Assembly: GCF_000341395.1 (NCBI RefSeq)
Contig: NC_020304.1
Span: 3,060,001-3,092,000 of the forward strand
DNA: 32,000 bases
Source: Desulfocapsa sulfexigens DSM 10523
GTDB taxonomy: Bacteria; Desulfobacterota; Desulfobulbia; Desulfobulbales; Desulfocapsaceae
Direction of reading: 5' to 3'
A program made the position numbers and the translations under genes. The notes beneath the pieces are model-generated. The model saw nothing but the letters and a program-made list of their open reading frames with translations, had not been told where the DNA came from and searched no databases. Shown in pieces: positions 1 through 9,099 of this stretch (positions are counted from its first letter, which is position 1; each line of letters starts with the position of its first letter).

Positions 1-97
1 ATTCACCTTATATGCAAATGGCACCATGAAATTTGCTGTTGCTCTGTCTAGGTTCTTGATAAAAGATTTTATCCCCATTCACAACTAGGAATGTGTT

Positions 98-2818
98 ATG
101 ACAAATCCTGTTTTTATGGAAATCAATACTCGTAAGTGTTTTCATGCGAATGGTAAGGAGTATAGCTTCTATTCACTTCCTGCGTTGCAAAAAGTCGGCT
201 TTGAAAACATAGATCGTTTGCCCTTCTCCATTCGCATACTTCTTGAAAATCAGTTGCGTCACCTCAGCAAGGGGATGGTAACCGAAGAAAATATTATTAA
301 CCTGGCATCCTGGCGTCCAGAGACACGGGAATTGCAGTCCATTCCATTTATGCCAGGGCGCGTTGTTTTGCAGGATTTTACCGGCGTTCCAGCAGTTGTT
401 GACTTGGCAGCTCTTCGATCTGCCTTTGCCAGGCAGGGGAGAGATCCAGAAAAGATGAATCCTTTTATTCCAGCCGATCTCATAATTGACCACTCCATTC
501 AAGTTGATCGCTCTGGTGATAAAAATGCTCTCTCCTATAATGTACACCAGGAATTTGCACGAAACCGTGAACGCTATACTATGCTTCGTTGGGGGCAGAA
601 GGCTTTCTCAAATTTCCATGTCATACCACCGGGCACAGGAATTGTGCATCAGGTCAACCTTGAGTATCTTGCTTCCGTAGTCCGGGTTCAAGGGAAGGGC
701 AGAGAGGCAATGGCTTATTCAGATACTGTCATCGGGACAGACTCACATACAACAATGATTAACGGTCTTGGGGTTCTTGGGTGGGGAGTTGGAGGTATTG
801 AGGCAGAGGCTGTACTCCTGGGACAACCATATTCCATGCAGATTCCGGAAGTTGTTGGGGTGAAATTGATAGGCAGGTTGAAGGAAGGAATAACAGCAAC
901 TGATCTTGTACTTACTATTACCGAGTTTTTACGTAGTAAGGGAGTTGTTGGCAGGTTTGTCGAATTTGTTGGTTCTGGTGCAGAACAGCTTAGCCTCTCG
1001 GATAGGGCAACTATCGCGAATATGGCTCCGGAATACGGAGCAACGATGGGCTTTTTCCCTGTTGACCAGGAAACACTTCGATATCTCTCTGCAAGCGGCA
1101 GGAGCTCAAGGCTGGTTACCCTTGTGGAGAGATATAATAAGGAGCAGGGTCTTTTTCTCTCCCAGACCACTCCGGAGCCAGAGTACAGTGTTGTGTATGA
1201 GATCCAGCTCGATCGAGTTGGAACAAGTCTCGCAGGCCCGCGTAAACCTCAGGAACGGATACCATTGTCAGCCATGAGTGAATCCTTTAAGGCTCTGTTG
1301 ACAGATAGAGTTACAGAGGATGATGGAGTGAAAGCTGGCAGTTGTGACCACGATGCTGAAGGTCGCTTTGAAAAAAATGGTGACCAGCTACCTATCAAAG
1401 ATGGTTCTGTGGTAATTGCAGCGATCACCAGTTGTACCAATACATCAAATCCTGCAGTTATGATTGGAGCAGGACTTCTTGCTCAAAAGGCTGCAGAACA
1501 AGGATTGCAGACAAAGCCATGGGTGAAAACCAGCATGGCACCTGGCTCCATGGTTGTCAGTCATTACCTTGAAAAAAGCGGACTTTTGAGTCCATTGGAA
1601 CATTTTGGGTTTCATGTTGTCGGTTACGGATGCACTACCTGTATTGGTAACAGCGGTCCACTTGATACTAAAATGTCTGATGTTATAAAGGATAAAGAGT
1701 TGCTGGTTGCTGCGGTCTTAAGTGGCAACCGGAATTTCGAAGCCCGTATCCATCCCCTGGTTCATGCTAATTATCTTTGTTCACCACAGCTCGTTGTTGC
1801 TTATGCAATTGCGGGCACGGTTATGATCGATTTTGACAGTCAACCTCTTGGAAGAAAACCGGATGGAACTCCTGTGTATCTTCGTGATATCTGGCCAAGC
1901 AATAAAGAAATCGAGACATTGGTGGCTGAGGTAGTCACACCCGCCTTGTTTACAGCAGGTTACGAAAATGTTTTCTCTGGTAACGAAACATGGAATGATC
2001 TGAAAGTGAAAGACAGCAGCCTGTATCAATGGGACAGTGATTCCTCTTATATACAGGAACCTCCATTTTTTAAGAATGTATCTCCGGAACCGCCGCCACT
2101 GTGTAATATTGAAAAGGCCAGAATTTTAGCCATTTTCGGTGATACGATCACCACCGATCATATCTCTCCAGCGGGTACGATTCCTATGGACAGTCCGGCC
2201 GGAAAATATCTCCAGGAACTAGGAATAGCTCCCCATGAATTTAACAGCTATGGCTCAAGGCGAGGAAATCATCAGGTCATGATGCGAGGTACCTTCGGTA
2301 ACATACGAATCAAGAACCGTATGGTGGGTAGAGAGGGCGGGTATACTCTTTTAATGCCTGATAGAATTGAAATGAGTATCTATGATGCAGCTATGGCTTA
2401 TAAGGAGTTGACAACACCGCTGGTGATTATCGGTGGTAAGGACTACGGAACCGGCAGTTCGCGTGATTGGGCGGCAAAAGGGACATTACTTCTCGGTGTG
2501 AAAGCGGTCATTGCTAAATCTTTTGAACGCATCCATCGCAGTAATCTTGTTGGCATGGGGGTCCTGCCACTTCAATTTGTCGACGGTGCAGATTGTACTA
2601 CACTAGACCTTGATGGCAGTGAAGAGCTTACAATTAAAGGAATTGCAACGGATCTTACCCCTGGCGCACAGATCACGGTAACGGTTGACCGTGGTGATAA
2701 TAAAGGTCTGACCGAATTCCTGACAACCGTTCGTCTTGACAATCCAGTGGAGCTTGAATACTACCGACATGGTGGTATCCTCCAGAAAGTCCTGCGACAG
2801 ATGCTTGCCCAGAAGTAA
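98..2818 (+). CDS. acnA: Aconitate hydratase (AcnA/IRP-type)
   Basis: 906-aa ORF with aconitase motifs: SVQVDRSG-like segment, VIGTDSHTTMINGLGVLGWGVGGIEAEA, ITSCTNTSNP, GYGCTTCIGNSG, and swivel domain YGTGSSRDWAAKG. Confidence 0.97.
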   Translation: MTNPVFMEINTRKCFHANGKEYSFYSLPALQKVGFENIDRLPFSIRILLENQLRHLSKGMVTEENIINLASWRPETRELQSIPFMPGRVVLQDFTGVPAVVDLAALRSAFARQGRDPEKMNPFIPADLIIDHSIQVDRSGDKNALSYNVHQEFARNRERYTMLRWGQKAFSNFHVIPPGTGIVHQVNLEYLASVVRVQGKGREAMAYSDTVIGTDSHTTMINGLGVLGWGVGGIEAEAVLLGQPYSMQIPEVVGVKLIGRLKEGITATDLVLTITEFLRSKGVVGRFVEFVGSGAEQLSLSDRATIANMAPEYGATMGFFPVDQETLRYLSASGRSSRLVTLVERYNKEQGLFLSQTTPEPEYSVVYEIQLDRVGTSLAGPRKPQERIPLSAMSESFKALLTDRVTEDDGVKAGSCDHDAEGRFEKNGDQLPIKDGSVVIAAITSCTNTSNPAVMIGAGLLAQKAAEQGLQTKPWVKTSMAPGSMVVSHYLEKSGLLSPLEHFGFHVVGYGCTTCIGNSGPLDTKMSDVIKDKELLVAAVLSGNRNFEARIHPLVHANYLCSPQLVVAYAIAGTVMIDFDSQPLGRKPDGTPVYLRDIWPSNKEIETLVAEVVTPALFTAGYENVFSGNETWNDLKVKDSSLYQWDSDSSYIQEPPFFKNVSPEPPPLCNIEKARILAIFGDTITTDHISPAGTIPMDSPAGKYLQELGIAPHEFNSYGSRRGNHQVMMRGTFGNIRIKNRMVGREGGYTLLMPDRIEMSIYDAAMAYKELTTPLVIIGGKDYGTGSSRDWAAKGTLLLGVKAVIAKSFERIHRSNLVGMGVLPLQFVDGADCTTLDLDGSEELTIKGIATDLTPGAQITVTVDRGDNKGLTEFLTTVRLDNPVELEYYRHGGILQKVLRQMLAQK

Positions 2819-3035
2819 CGGTATTTCACTGGTCGTTTCCAGACTAAAAGCTGCTGCCGTGAGCATTTATTTCCAAGAGTGTTTTGAGAACAGTGCGCTT
2901 CAAAATTTGCCCCCCTTTGCACCAGCATTCATGTGTTCAGGAGCTCCTCCTCTGCTGTCCCTCTCTTTCAGTTTGTAATGATTTTATCATAATACAGGGT
3001 GAGGCACACGAATTCAAATAATGTGTTACTTTTTC

Positions 3036-3089
3036 TTGACCTGTTCTCTACGAACTGTTAATCAGGTGTGAACGTAACACGAAACGTGT
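3036..3089 (+). promoter_or_regulatory. Putative sigma70-like promoter (TTGACC-N17-TAATCA) with perfect palindrome ACACG-AAA-CGTGT at 3077-3089
   Basis: Read directly: TTGACC at 3036-3041, 17-nt spacer, TAATCA at 3059-3064, palindrome 3077-3089, 34 nt before the ATG at 3124. Confidence 0.35.
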
Positions 3090-3123
3090 ATTCTTCATAC
3101 TGTGTATTCTGTAGAGGTTCAAA

Positions 3124-4218
3124 ATGGTTACCCGATTTGTTTTTGTTTTTTTTATCAATATATTGCTCTGTGGTGGAGTAACAGCGAAAACTGTAACAGA
3201 TGTCACCGGGAAAACAGTGCAGCTTCCCGATTCCATAGATCATGTTATCTGTTCAGGCTCAGGATGTCTCCGGTTACTCACCTATCTTCAGGCTCAGGAC
3301 AGGATTGTCGGTGTCGACAGCATTGAAACCAGGCAAGGTCAGTTTGATGCTCGGCCGTATGCTCTTGCCAATCCACAGTTTAAGAAGATGCCGATTTTCG
3401 GGGAGTTTAGGGGGCGTGACAATCCAGAACATATTTTGACTCTTACCCCCCAACCCCAGGTGATTTTCAAAACCTATTCTCAAATGGGCTATAATCCATC
3501 AGAACTTCAAGAGAAAACCGGTATCCCGGTGCTTGTTCTTAACTATGGGAACCTTGATTATCTTCGTCCAGAATTGTTTAAATCTCTTCGTCTTATGGGC
3601 TCTGTTCTTGGAAGGGAAGAACGTGCAGAACAGGTTATCTCCTTTTTTGAAGAGACCATTTCAGATCTTGAACAACGAAGCAAAGATATTCCGGCCGAAA
3701 AACGTCCGAAAGTATACCTTGGAGGCGTGGCTTTCAAAGGGCCACATGGATTTCAGTCAACCGAGCCTACCTATCCCCCATTTAAATTCGTTCAAGCCCA
3801 CAATCTTGCCTATGATCCCGCAATGACCAAAAAGGAGTTGAGCAACTCCAACATTGCCAAGGAAAAGATTGTTGCCTGGAATCCCGAGTACCTTTTTCTT
3901 GACCTGTCAACCCTGCAGTTAGGAGATAAGGTTGGCGGTTTGCATGAGCTGAAAACTGATCCGTCGTATCGGTCACTGAGTTCGGTGAAAAGTAACCGGG
4001 TTTATGGCTTACTTCCCTATAACGGGTATACGAAAAATTACGGTTCTATTCTAGCTAACGCCTACTACATTGGTAAATTGCTCTATCCCGAGCGATTTGC
4101 CGATATCGAACCAGACGAGAAAGCTGATGAAATATATAGATTTCTGGTAGGTAAACCGGTCTTTGCCACTATGGACGGACTTTTTAAGAATCTTGTATTC
4201 AAAAATGTCCCACTTTAA
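3124..4218 (+). CDS. ABC transporter substrate-binding protein (periplasmic binding protein, FecB/BtuF-like fold)
   Basis: Signal peptide-like N-terminus, then TVTDVTGKTVQLPDSIDHVICSGSGCLRLLTYLQAQDRIVGVDS; adjacent to FecCD-type permease and ATPase genes. Confidence 0.88.
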   Translation: MVTRFVFVFFINILLCGGVTAKTVTDVTGKTVQLPDSIDHVICSGSGCLRLLTYLQAQDRIVGVDSIETRQGQFDARPYALANPQFKKMPIFGEFRGRDNPEHILTLTPQPQVIFKTYSQMGYNPSELQEKTGIPVLVLNYGNLDYLRPELFKSLRLMGSVLGREERAEQVISFFEETISDLEQRSKDIPAEKRPKVYLGGVAFKGPHGFQSTEPTYPPFKFVQAHNLAYDPAMTKKELSNSNIAKEKIVAWNPEYLFLDLSTLQLGDKVGGLHELKTDPSYRSLSSVKSNRVYGLLPYNGYTKNYGSILANAYYIGKLLYPERFADIEPDEKADEIYRFLVGKPVFATMDGLFKNLVFKNVPL

Positions 4219-4223
4219 TAGCC

Positions 4224-5294
4224 ATGCATTTTGATCATGGCCAGGTGCCGGAGGAATACCAACAATACACTGGTAGAAAAAAACTGTTTATTTTGATTGT
4301 AGCTTTTGGCCTTGCTGCTATCCTGGTTGTAGCCATCTCCCTTGGATCTGCAAATATACCAACGTCCTCGGTTGCCAAAAGTCTGATGGGGATGGCAACT
4401 TCTGCACAAACCAAGATGATTGTCTGGAATATCCGGTTGCCCCAGGCATTAGCCGCTACTGTCGCCGGGGCTGGTCTGGCTGTTGCTGGTGCAGTTATGC
4501 AATCGATATTACGCAATCCGCTAGGATCGCCATTTACCCTTGGAATCTCCCACGCTGCCGCCTTTGGTGCAGCGTTATCTGTCATGGTACTGGGAGGCGG
4601 TGTTATGACCTCCAGCAATGTAGGCGCTATCTCAATTACCAATCCATATATTACCACCGCATCGGCGTTTCTTTTCAGTATCGGTACTTCTTTCTTGATT
4701 ATAGGTGTGACACGAACGCGCGGTGCCACACCGGAAGTAATGGTGCTCACCGGTGTGGCCCTGGGAGCATTTTTCACAGCAGGAACCATGTTTTTACAAT
4801 TCTTTGCTGATGATATGCAACTGGCGGCCATGGTATTCTGGACCTTTGGTGATACTGCAAGAGCAACTTGGACAGAGTTGGGGGTTATTTCTTCAATAAC
4901 TGCTGTCTGTGTGCTCTACTTTTTTGGAAATAGTTGGAACTATAATGCTATTGATGCGGGTGATGAGACCGCCAAGAGCCTTGGGGTTCGGGTCGGTCGT
5001 GTCCGGATGATGGGGATGCTGTTCGCTTCGATGTTGACTGCGGTTATAATTGCATTTCTGGGAATCATCGGTTTTGTCGGGCTGGTAGTGCCGCACATGG
5101 TTCGACGAATTATTGGTTCAGATCACAGGTTCTTGCTGCCGGCATGTTTTCTGGTCGGAGCAGTTTTGCTGCTCGTGTCCGACACTGTTGCAAGGTTGAT
5201 ATTGGCTCCTAACGTTTTGCCGGTGTCAGTTCTGACGGCATTCCTTGGAGCACCGGCATTTTTCTGGTTAATTATACGAGGAGGACGCCGATGA
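4224..5294 (+). CDS. ABC transporter permease, FecCD/BtuC family
   Basis: Family motifs WNIRLPQALAATVAGAGLAVAGAVMQSILRNPLGSPFTLGISHAAAFGAAL and FLGIIGFVGLVVPHMVRRIIGSDHRFLLP. Confidence 0.93.
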   Translation: MHFDHGQVPEEYQQYTGRKKLFILIVAFGLAAILVVAISLGSANIPTSSVAKSLMGMATSAQTKMIVWNIRLPQALAATVAGAGLAVAGAVMQSILRNPLGSPFTLGISHAAAFGAALSVMVLGGGVMTSSNVGAISITNPYITTASAFLFSIGTSFLIIGVTRTRGATPEVMVLTGVALGAFFTAGTMFLQFFADDMQLAAMVFWTFGDTARATWTELGVISSITAVCVLYFFGNSWNYNAIDAGDETAKSLGVRVGRVRMMGMLFASMLTAVIIAFLGIIGFVGLVVPHMVRRIIGSDHRFLLPACFLVGAVLLLVSDTVARLILAPNVLPVSVLTAFLGAPAFFWLIIRGGRR

Positions 5295-6055
5295 TTCTAG
5301 CCATCAAGCGACTCGCTTTCGGTTACAATGGTCATCGTACCCTTTCCGACATCAACCTTAATGTGGAACCTGGAGAATTGTTGGCCATACTTGGACCAAA
5401 TGGTGTTGGCAAAACGACCCTGCTCAAATGTATTAATGGTATACAGATTCCTTCTGCAGGAACTGTTCTGGTCGAGGATCGCAATGTCCTGAAAATGACC
5501 CCTGACGAGATTGCCCTCGGTATCGGCTATGTTGCACAGCGTAGCGAGACGAGTCGGTTGACTGTTTTTGATGCGGTGCTGATGGGAAGAAAACCACATA
5601 TCAGATGGCGGGTCGCCGAACGGGACATGAAGGTTGTAGATTCAGCGCTGCAGCAACTCGATCTCACTCGGCTTTCTTTGCGCTATATAGATGAACTGAG
5701 CGGAGGCGAATTGCAAAAAGTAGCTATTGCTCGTGCGCTCGTTCAGGAACCACGACTGCTACTGCTTGACGAACCAACCAGTTCGCTCGATTTGCGAAAC
5801 CAGATAAATATATTATCGATCATCAGAAAAATTGTGAAAAGCCACCGCATTGCATCTGTGATAACCATGCACGATCTCAACAGTGCCCTACGGTACGCCG
5901 ATCGGTATTGCTTTTTGAAAGATGGTTATGTTCATGCGACATGTGACCGCTCCACCATATCACCAGATATAATTGAGAAGGTATATGGGCTTCCAGTCAC
6001 AATTCATCATATTGACAATTGTCCGGTCATCGTCCCGGAAGATCATTTTAATTGA
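5291..6055 (+). CDS. ABC transporter ATP-binding protein (FepC/BtuD type)
   Basis: Walker A GPNGVGKTT, signature LSGGELQKVAIARAL, Walker B LLLLDEPTSSLD; ATGA overlap with the permease gene. Confidence 0.95.
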   Translation: MILAIKRLAFGYNGHRTLSDINLNVEPGELLAILGPNGVGKTTLLKCINGIQIPSAGTVLVEDRNVLKMTPDEIALGIGYVAQRSETSRLTVFDAVLMGRKPHIRWRVAERDMKVVDSALQQLDLTRLSLRYIDELSGGELQKVAIARALVQEPRLLLLDEPTSSLDLRNQINILSIIRKIVKSHRIASVITMHDLNSALRYADRYCFLKDGYVHATCDRSTISPDIIEKVYGLPVTIHHIDNCPVIVPEDHFN

Positions 6056-6067
6056 AAGGAGCTGAAA

Positions 6068-6679
6068 ATGACATGTACTTACCCAAAACAGACAATTGAA
6101 GATACAATTGCATTCCATGGGCATAACTGCCCAGGACTTGCAATCGGTATTCGGGTGGCTGAGTATGTCAAAAAAGAATTTCCAGACACCCCATCGGCAG
6201 CCCTTGTTTGTATTACTGAAACAGATATGTGCGCTGTGGATGCCATCCAGTATCTAATCGGCTGCACCTATGGCAAAGGCAATCTGATTCATAAAGATTA
6301 CGGCAAGACAGCCTTTTCTTTTTATGATAGAGAAAACAACAAGGGTATTCGATTCCTGTTGAGACCGGATTGCCGTGGTGAGAATTATTGGATGCTGGCT
6401 GATATGATGGCAGAAAAAAGTGCTGGAATCCTTTCAAAAGAGGATGATCAGAAGCTGGCCGAGCAGAGAATCCTACTTGAAAAGAGGTTTATGTCACTGT
6501 CGCTCGAAGATATGTTTTCTATTGAAAAGCTGCAGACCAGACCACCTCGGCCGCCGCGTGTATTGCATTCCATGACGTGTGAGGATTGTGGTGAACAAAC
6601 CATGGAGTCAAGGACTAGACGTTTTGATAAAAAGACGCTGTGTATACCTTGCTATCAGAAAGTCGAACAGAAAATATAA
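6068..6679 (+). CDS. FmdE family protein with C-terminal zinc-finger-like CxxC...CxxC
   Basis: FHGHNCPGLAIGIRVAEYV, AVDAIQYLIGCTYGKGNL, C-terminal TCEDCGE...CIPCYQK. Confidence 0.85.
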   Translation: MTCTYPKQTIEDTIAFHGHNCPGLAIGIRVAEYVKKEFPDTPSAALVCITETDMCAVDAIQYLIGCTYGKGNLIHKDYGKTAFSFYDRENNKGIRFLLRPDCRGENYWMLADMMAEKSAGILSKEDDQKLAEQRILLEKRFMSLSLEDMFSIEKLQTRPPRPPRVLHSMTCEDCGEQTMESRTRRFDKKTLCIPCYQKVEQKI

Positions 6680-6834
6680 GTAGAATAGGTGCCCGACCGT
6701 TCTAATGGTATTTCCACAATTCAGAAGATTGCCAAAGAAAGTGCAAAATAGGCATTTTACTTATTTATATTCTATCTGAAATATGTTTAGTATGACTTTA
6801 TAGTCAGCATAGATATAAATAAAGGAGAAAGACG

Positions 6835-7503
6835 ATGAGAAAGTTATTGATTTGTGGAATATGTTTGTTGGTACTGCTTCCGGCAATGGCAAGCGCCACA
6901 ACCTATACAGGTTCACTGGTTGTTGGTGGTGATCCTTTGGCTTATTCAACAATTTGGTTCGACAAGACCGGAACTGATACTTATGAACAAGCTGGTGGAG
7001 GGTCTATAGATACTTCCTACCTTGACGGGGATGAGTTGGCGTGGCTTTACTGTGTCGATCTTTTCACCTCGGTGTCTGTTGCAACGTATCCATCTACCTT
7101 GGTCTCTGATAGCGGAGATATTTACGGCGGTACGTATAGTGCAATAGCAGACGTCGCTTGGTTGCTGGACAACTATGCTACTGGTGGCCAGGGTGATGAT
7201 GCAAAAGCACTCCAGGCGGCTATATGGACTACGGTTCACGGAACCGACTACGACTTGAGCCCAAGCAGTTCAGCGTTTAATAAATACACGGATATGTTGG
7301 CAGCACTCGACCTTACCACTGAAACCGGTAATGTCGGTAACTACTTGTGGATCAGCCCGCGACTTGAAGCAGGTGGTGCCTTCTCACAGGGTTTGGTTGG
7401 TGTTAAGGTGTCTGCGCCCGTTCCTGAACCAGCAACAATGCTTCTCTTCGGCACAGGTTTAATTGGTCTTGTTGGTACAAGACTTCGTAGAAAGAGAAAA
7501 TAA
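6835..7503 (+). CDS. PEP-CTERM sorting domain-containing protein
   Basis: N-terminal signal peptide; C-terminus VPEPATMLLFGTGLIGLVGTRLRRKRK; RBS aaaggag upstream. Confidence 0.9.
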   Translation: MRKLLICGICLLVLLPAMASATTYTGSLVVGGDPLAYSTIWFDKTGTDTYEQAGGGSIDTSYLDGDELAWLYCVDLFTSVSVATYPSTLVSDSGDIYGGTYSAIADVAWLLDNYATGGQGDDAKALQAAIWTTVHGTDYDLSPSSSAFNKYTDMLAALDLTTETGNVGNYLWISPRLEAGGAFSQGLVGVKVSAPVPEPATMLLFGTGLIGLVGTRLRRKRK

Positions 7504-7529
7504 TACATTTTGATATAAAGTATCTTTAA

Positions 7530-7565
7530 AAGGCAGAGTCATTCACTTGATTCTGCCTTTTTTTT
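7530..7565 (+). terminator. Rho-independent terminator
   Basis: aaggcagagtca-ttcact-tgattctgcctt hairpin followed by a T run (8 T including the stem end). Confidence 0.85.
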
Positions 7566-7963
7566 GTTTCAATCTTTCGTAGTTTGTTGCCAAAACTAAG
7601 CTCTACAACTTCACATAATTCTAAAATGTTATACTGCTACTGCTTAGCCTATAATCGGGGACAAGCAGTCTCTGAGCAGTAATAACCACCTGAAACCGTC
7701 GTTATTGAACTTTTCTCACAAGTGCTGCTACCCTTGTGATTTTCCTGCCTTCTTTTTTTACACTTTTCCCCTTTTAATCATTCCGAGACTGCCTAATTAT
7801 TTTACACCATCTCCATTTTATTAATTAACCCTCGGCGAACAAACCAGAAATATCATGCAATATCGGTATGTTTTGGGATTTTTTACCCCAGTAGCCCATC
7901 TGGTGCGATTCCTGCTAACTCTTTTGTAAGTATTTGAAAATATTCCAACGAGGAGGATTATCA

Positions 7964-8215
7964 ATGTTCGGACACAATAGTGTTTCTACAGATTGGTGGT
8001 GTGGAATGGGAACATTCTTTCCAGGCCCTTTGGGGATGGTCGTCACCTTTCTTTTTTGGGGGTTTGTCATCTACCTTATCATTTTCCTTTTTCAGGCTCT
8101 GTTTTCAAGGGGGAAAAGAGCCTCTTCAGCACATCTTGATGCCCTGAAGGAAAGGTATGCCCGCGGTGAAATCAACGAAGATGAATATCATCGTATAAAG
8201 AGAGAAATTAGCTAA
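7964..8215 (+). CDS. Small SHOCT-domain membrane protein
   Basis: Start with strong RBS (gaggagg); TM segment VVTFLFWGFVIYLIIFLFQALF; C-terminal SHOCT-like HLDALKERYARGEINEDEYHRIKREIS. Confidence 0.8.
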   Translation: MFGHNSVSTDWWCGMGTFFPGPLGMVVTFLFWGFVIYLIIFLFQALFSRGKRASSAHLDALKERYARGEINEDEYHRIKREIS

Positions 8216-8245
8216 GACATGATGTTTTGACACAGGAGGGCGATC

Positions 8246-8901
8246 ATGAAACGATGTACTGTATTAAAAGGTGGTTTGGCCGCCATTTCCCTCGTGGGAG
8301 CTGCCGGATCTACTACTTTGTTACAGAAAGTCTTTGCGGGCAGATTTTCTCTACCCCTTTTGATTCAACCTGTAATCGCTGCCAATGCATCGCGCTCCCG
8401 TATCGGAGAATGCTTTTCAACACCTCTGCCTATTCCTCCATTACTGAAGTATTTGGACAATACGCTGTACAGTACCCGCTTCAGCATGAACATGCAGCAG
8501 GAGAAAGTGAAGTTTTTTCGGGATAAGCCGACTGACACCATGGGGTATAATGGTAATTAGTCTGCTGGTGGATCAGAGGCAGGGGAGCCAATTTGAGTCC
8601 ATGCGGATCAAAGTGGATCGTCTTGCGGAGAACAAAATTTCTCTACCCGGAGAGCTGCGTCCCCTTGAGAGGATACCTGAAGCGGAGGCTTCTGTTGTCC
8701 GCGGATTTACCATGGAGACCATGTCCAAGGGGGGGAGGTGGAATGGGTATGGGGATGATGGAAAGACGACTCACCATTAATGGGAAGCAGATGGATATTA
8801 ACCGGATTGATGAACAGGTACAGTTGGGTTCCACGGAGACCTGGGAGATAACAAATCGTGCCGCCATGATGATTCGCTATCAGTCAAAAAACTCCTTTTA
8901 G
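8246..8901 (+). pseudogene. Decayed multicopper oxidase (CotA/bilirubin-oxidase/SufI-like), internally deleted and frameshifted
   Basis: Frame A: MKR..LKGG...FSLPLLIQP...DKPTDTMGYNGN; frame B: GSQFESMRIKVDRLAENKISLPGELRPLERIPEAEASVVRGFTMET; frame C: GGGGMGMGMMERRLTINGKQMDINRIDEQVQLGSTETWEITNRAAMM. The homologous blocks lie in three different frames. Confidence 0.75.
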
Positions 8902-9099
8902 ATACAAGCATGTTCATGATTCTGCTCTTTGTCTTTGTTTTTGTGCGTCTGATAAAATAGGAAAAGGCCTTGGGGAGAAAGGAGTTCAGTGAGATCTGCG
9001 ATTAGTATTTACAGGATATTCCAATATTTCTGCCTTGATTAAAGAAGAGAAGTCTGCTACTGGACACCACAGTTAAATGATTAAAGCGAAGTTTATGGG

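Noticed and set aside
3001-3123. Cobalamin or molybdenum-cofactor riboswitch upstream of the ABC/FmdE operon
   Set aside because: The leader is only about 50-60 nt after the predicted promoter and lacks the conserved B12-box (GCCACTG) or a moco-like core; the palindrome fits a protein operator better.
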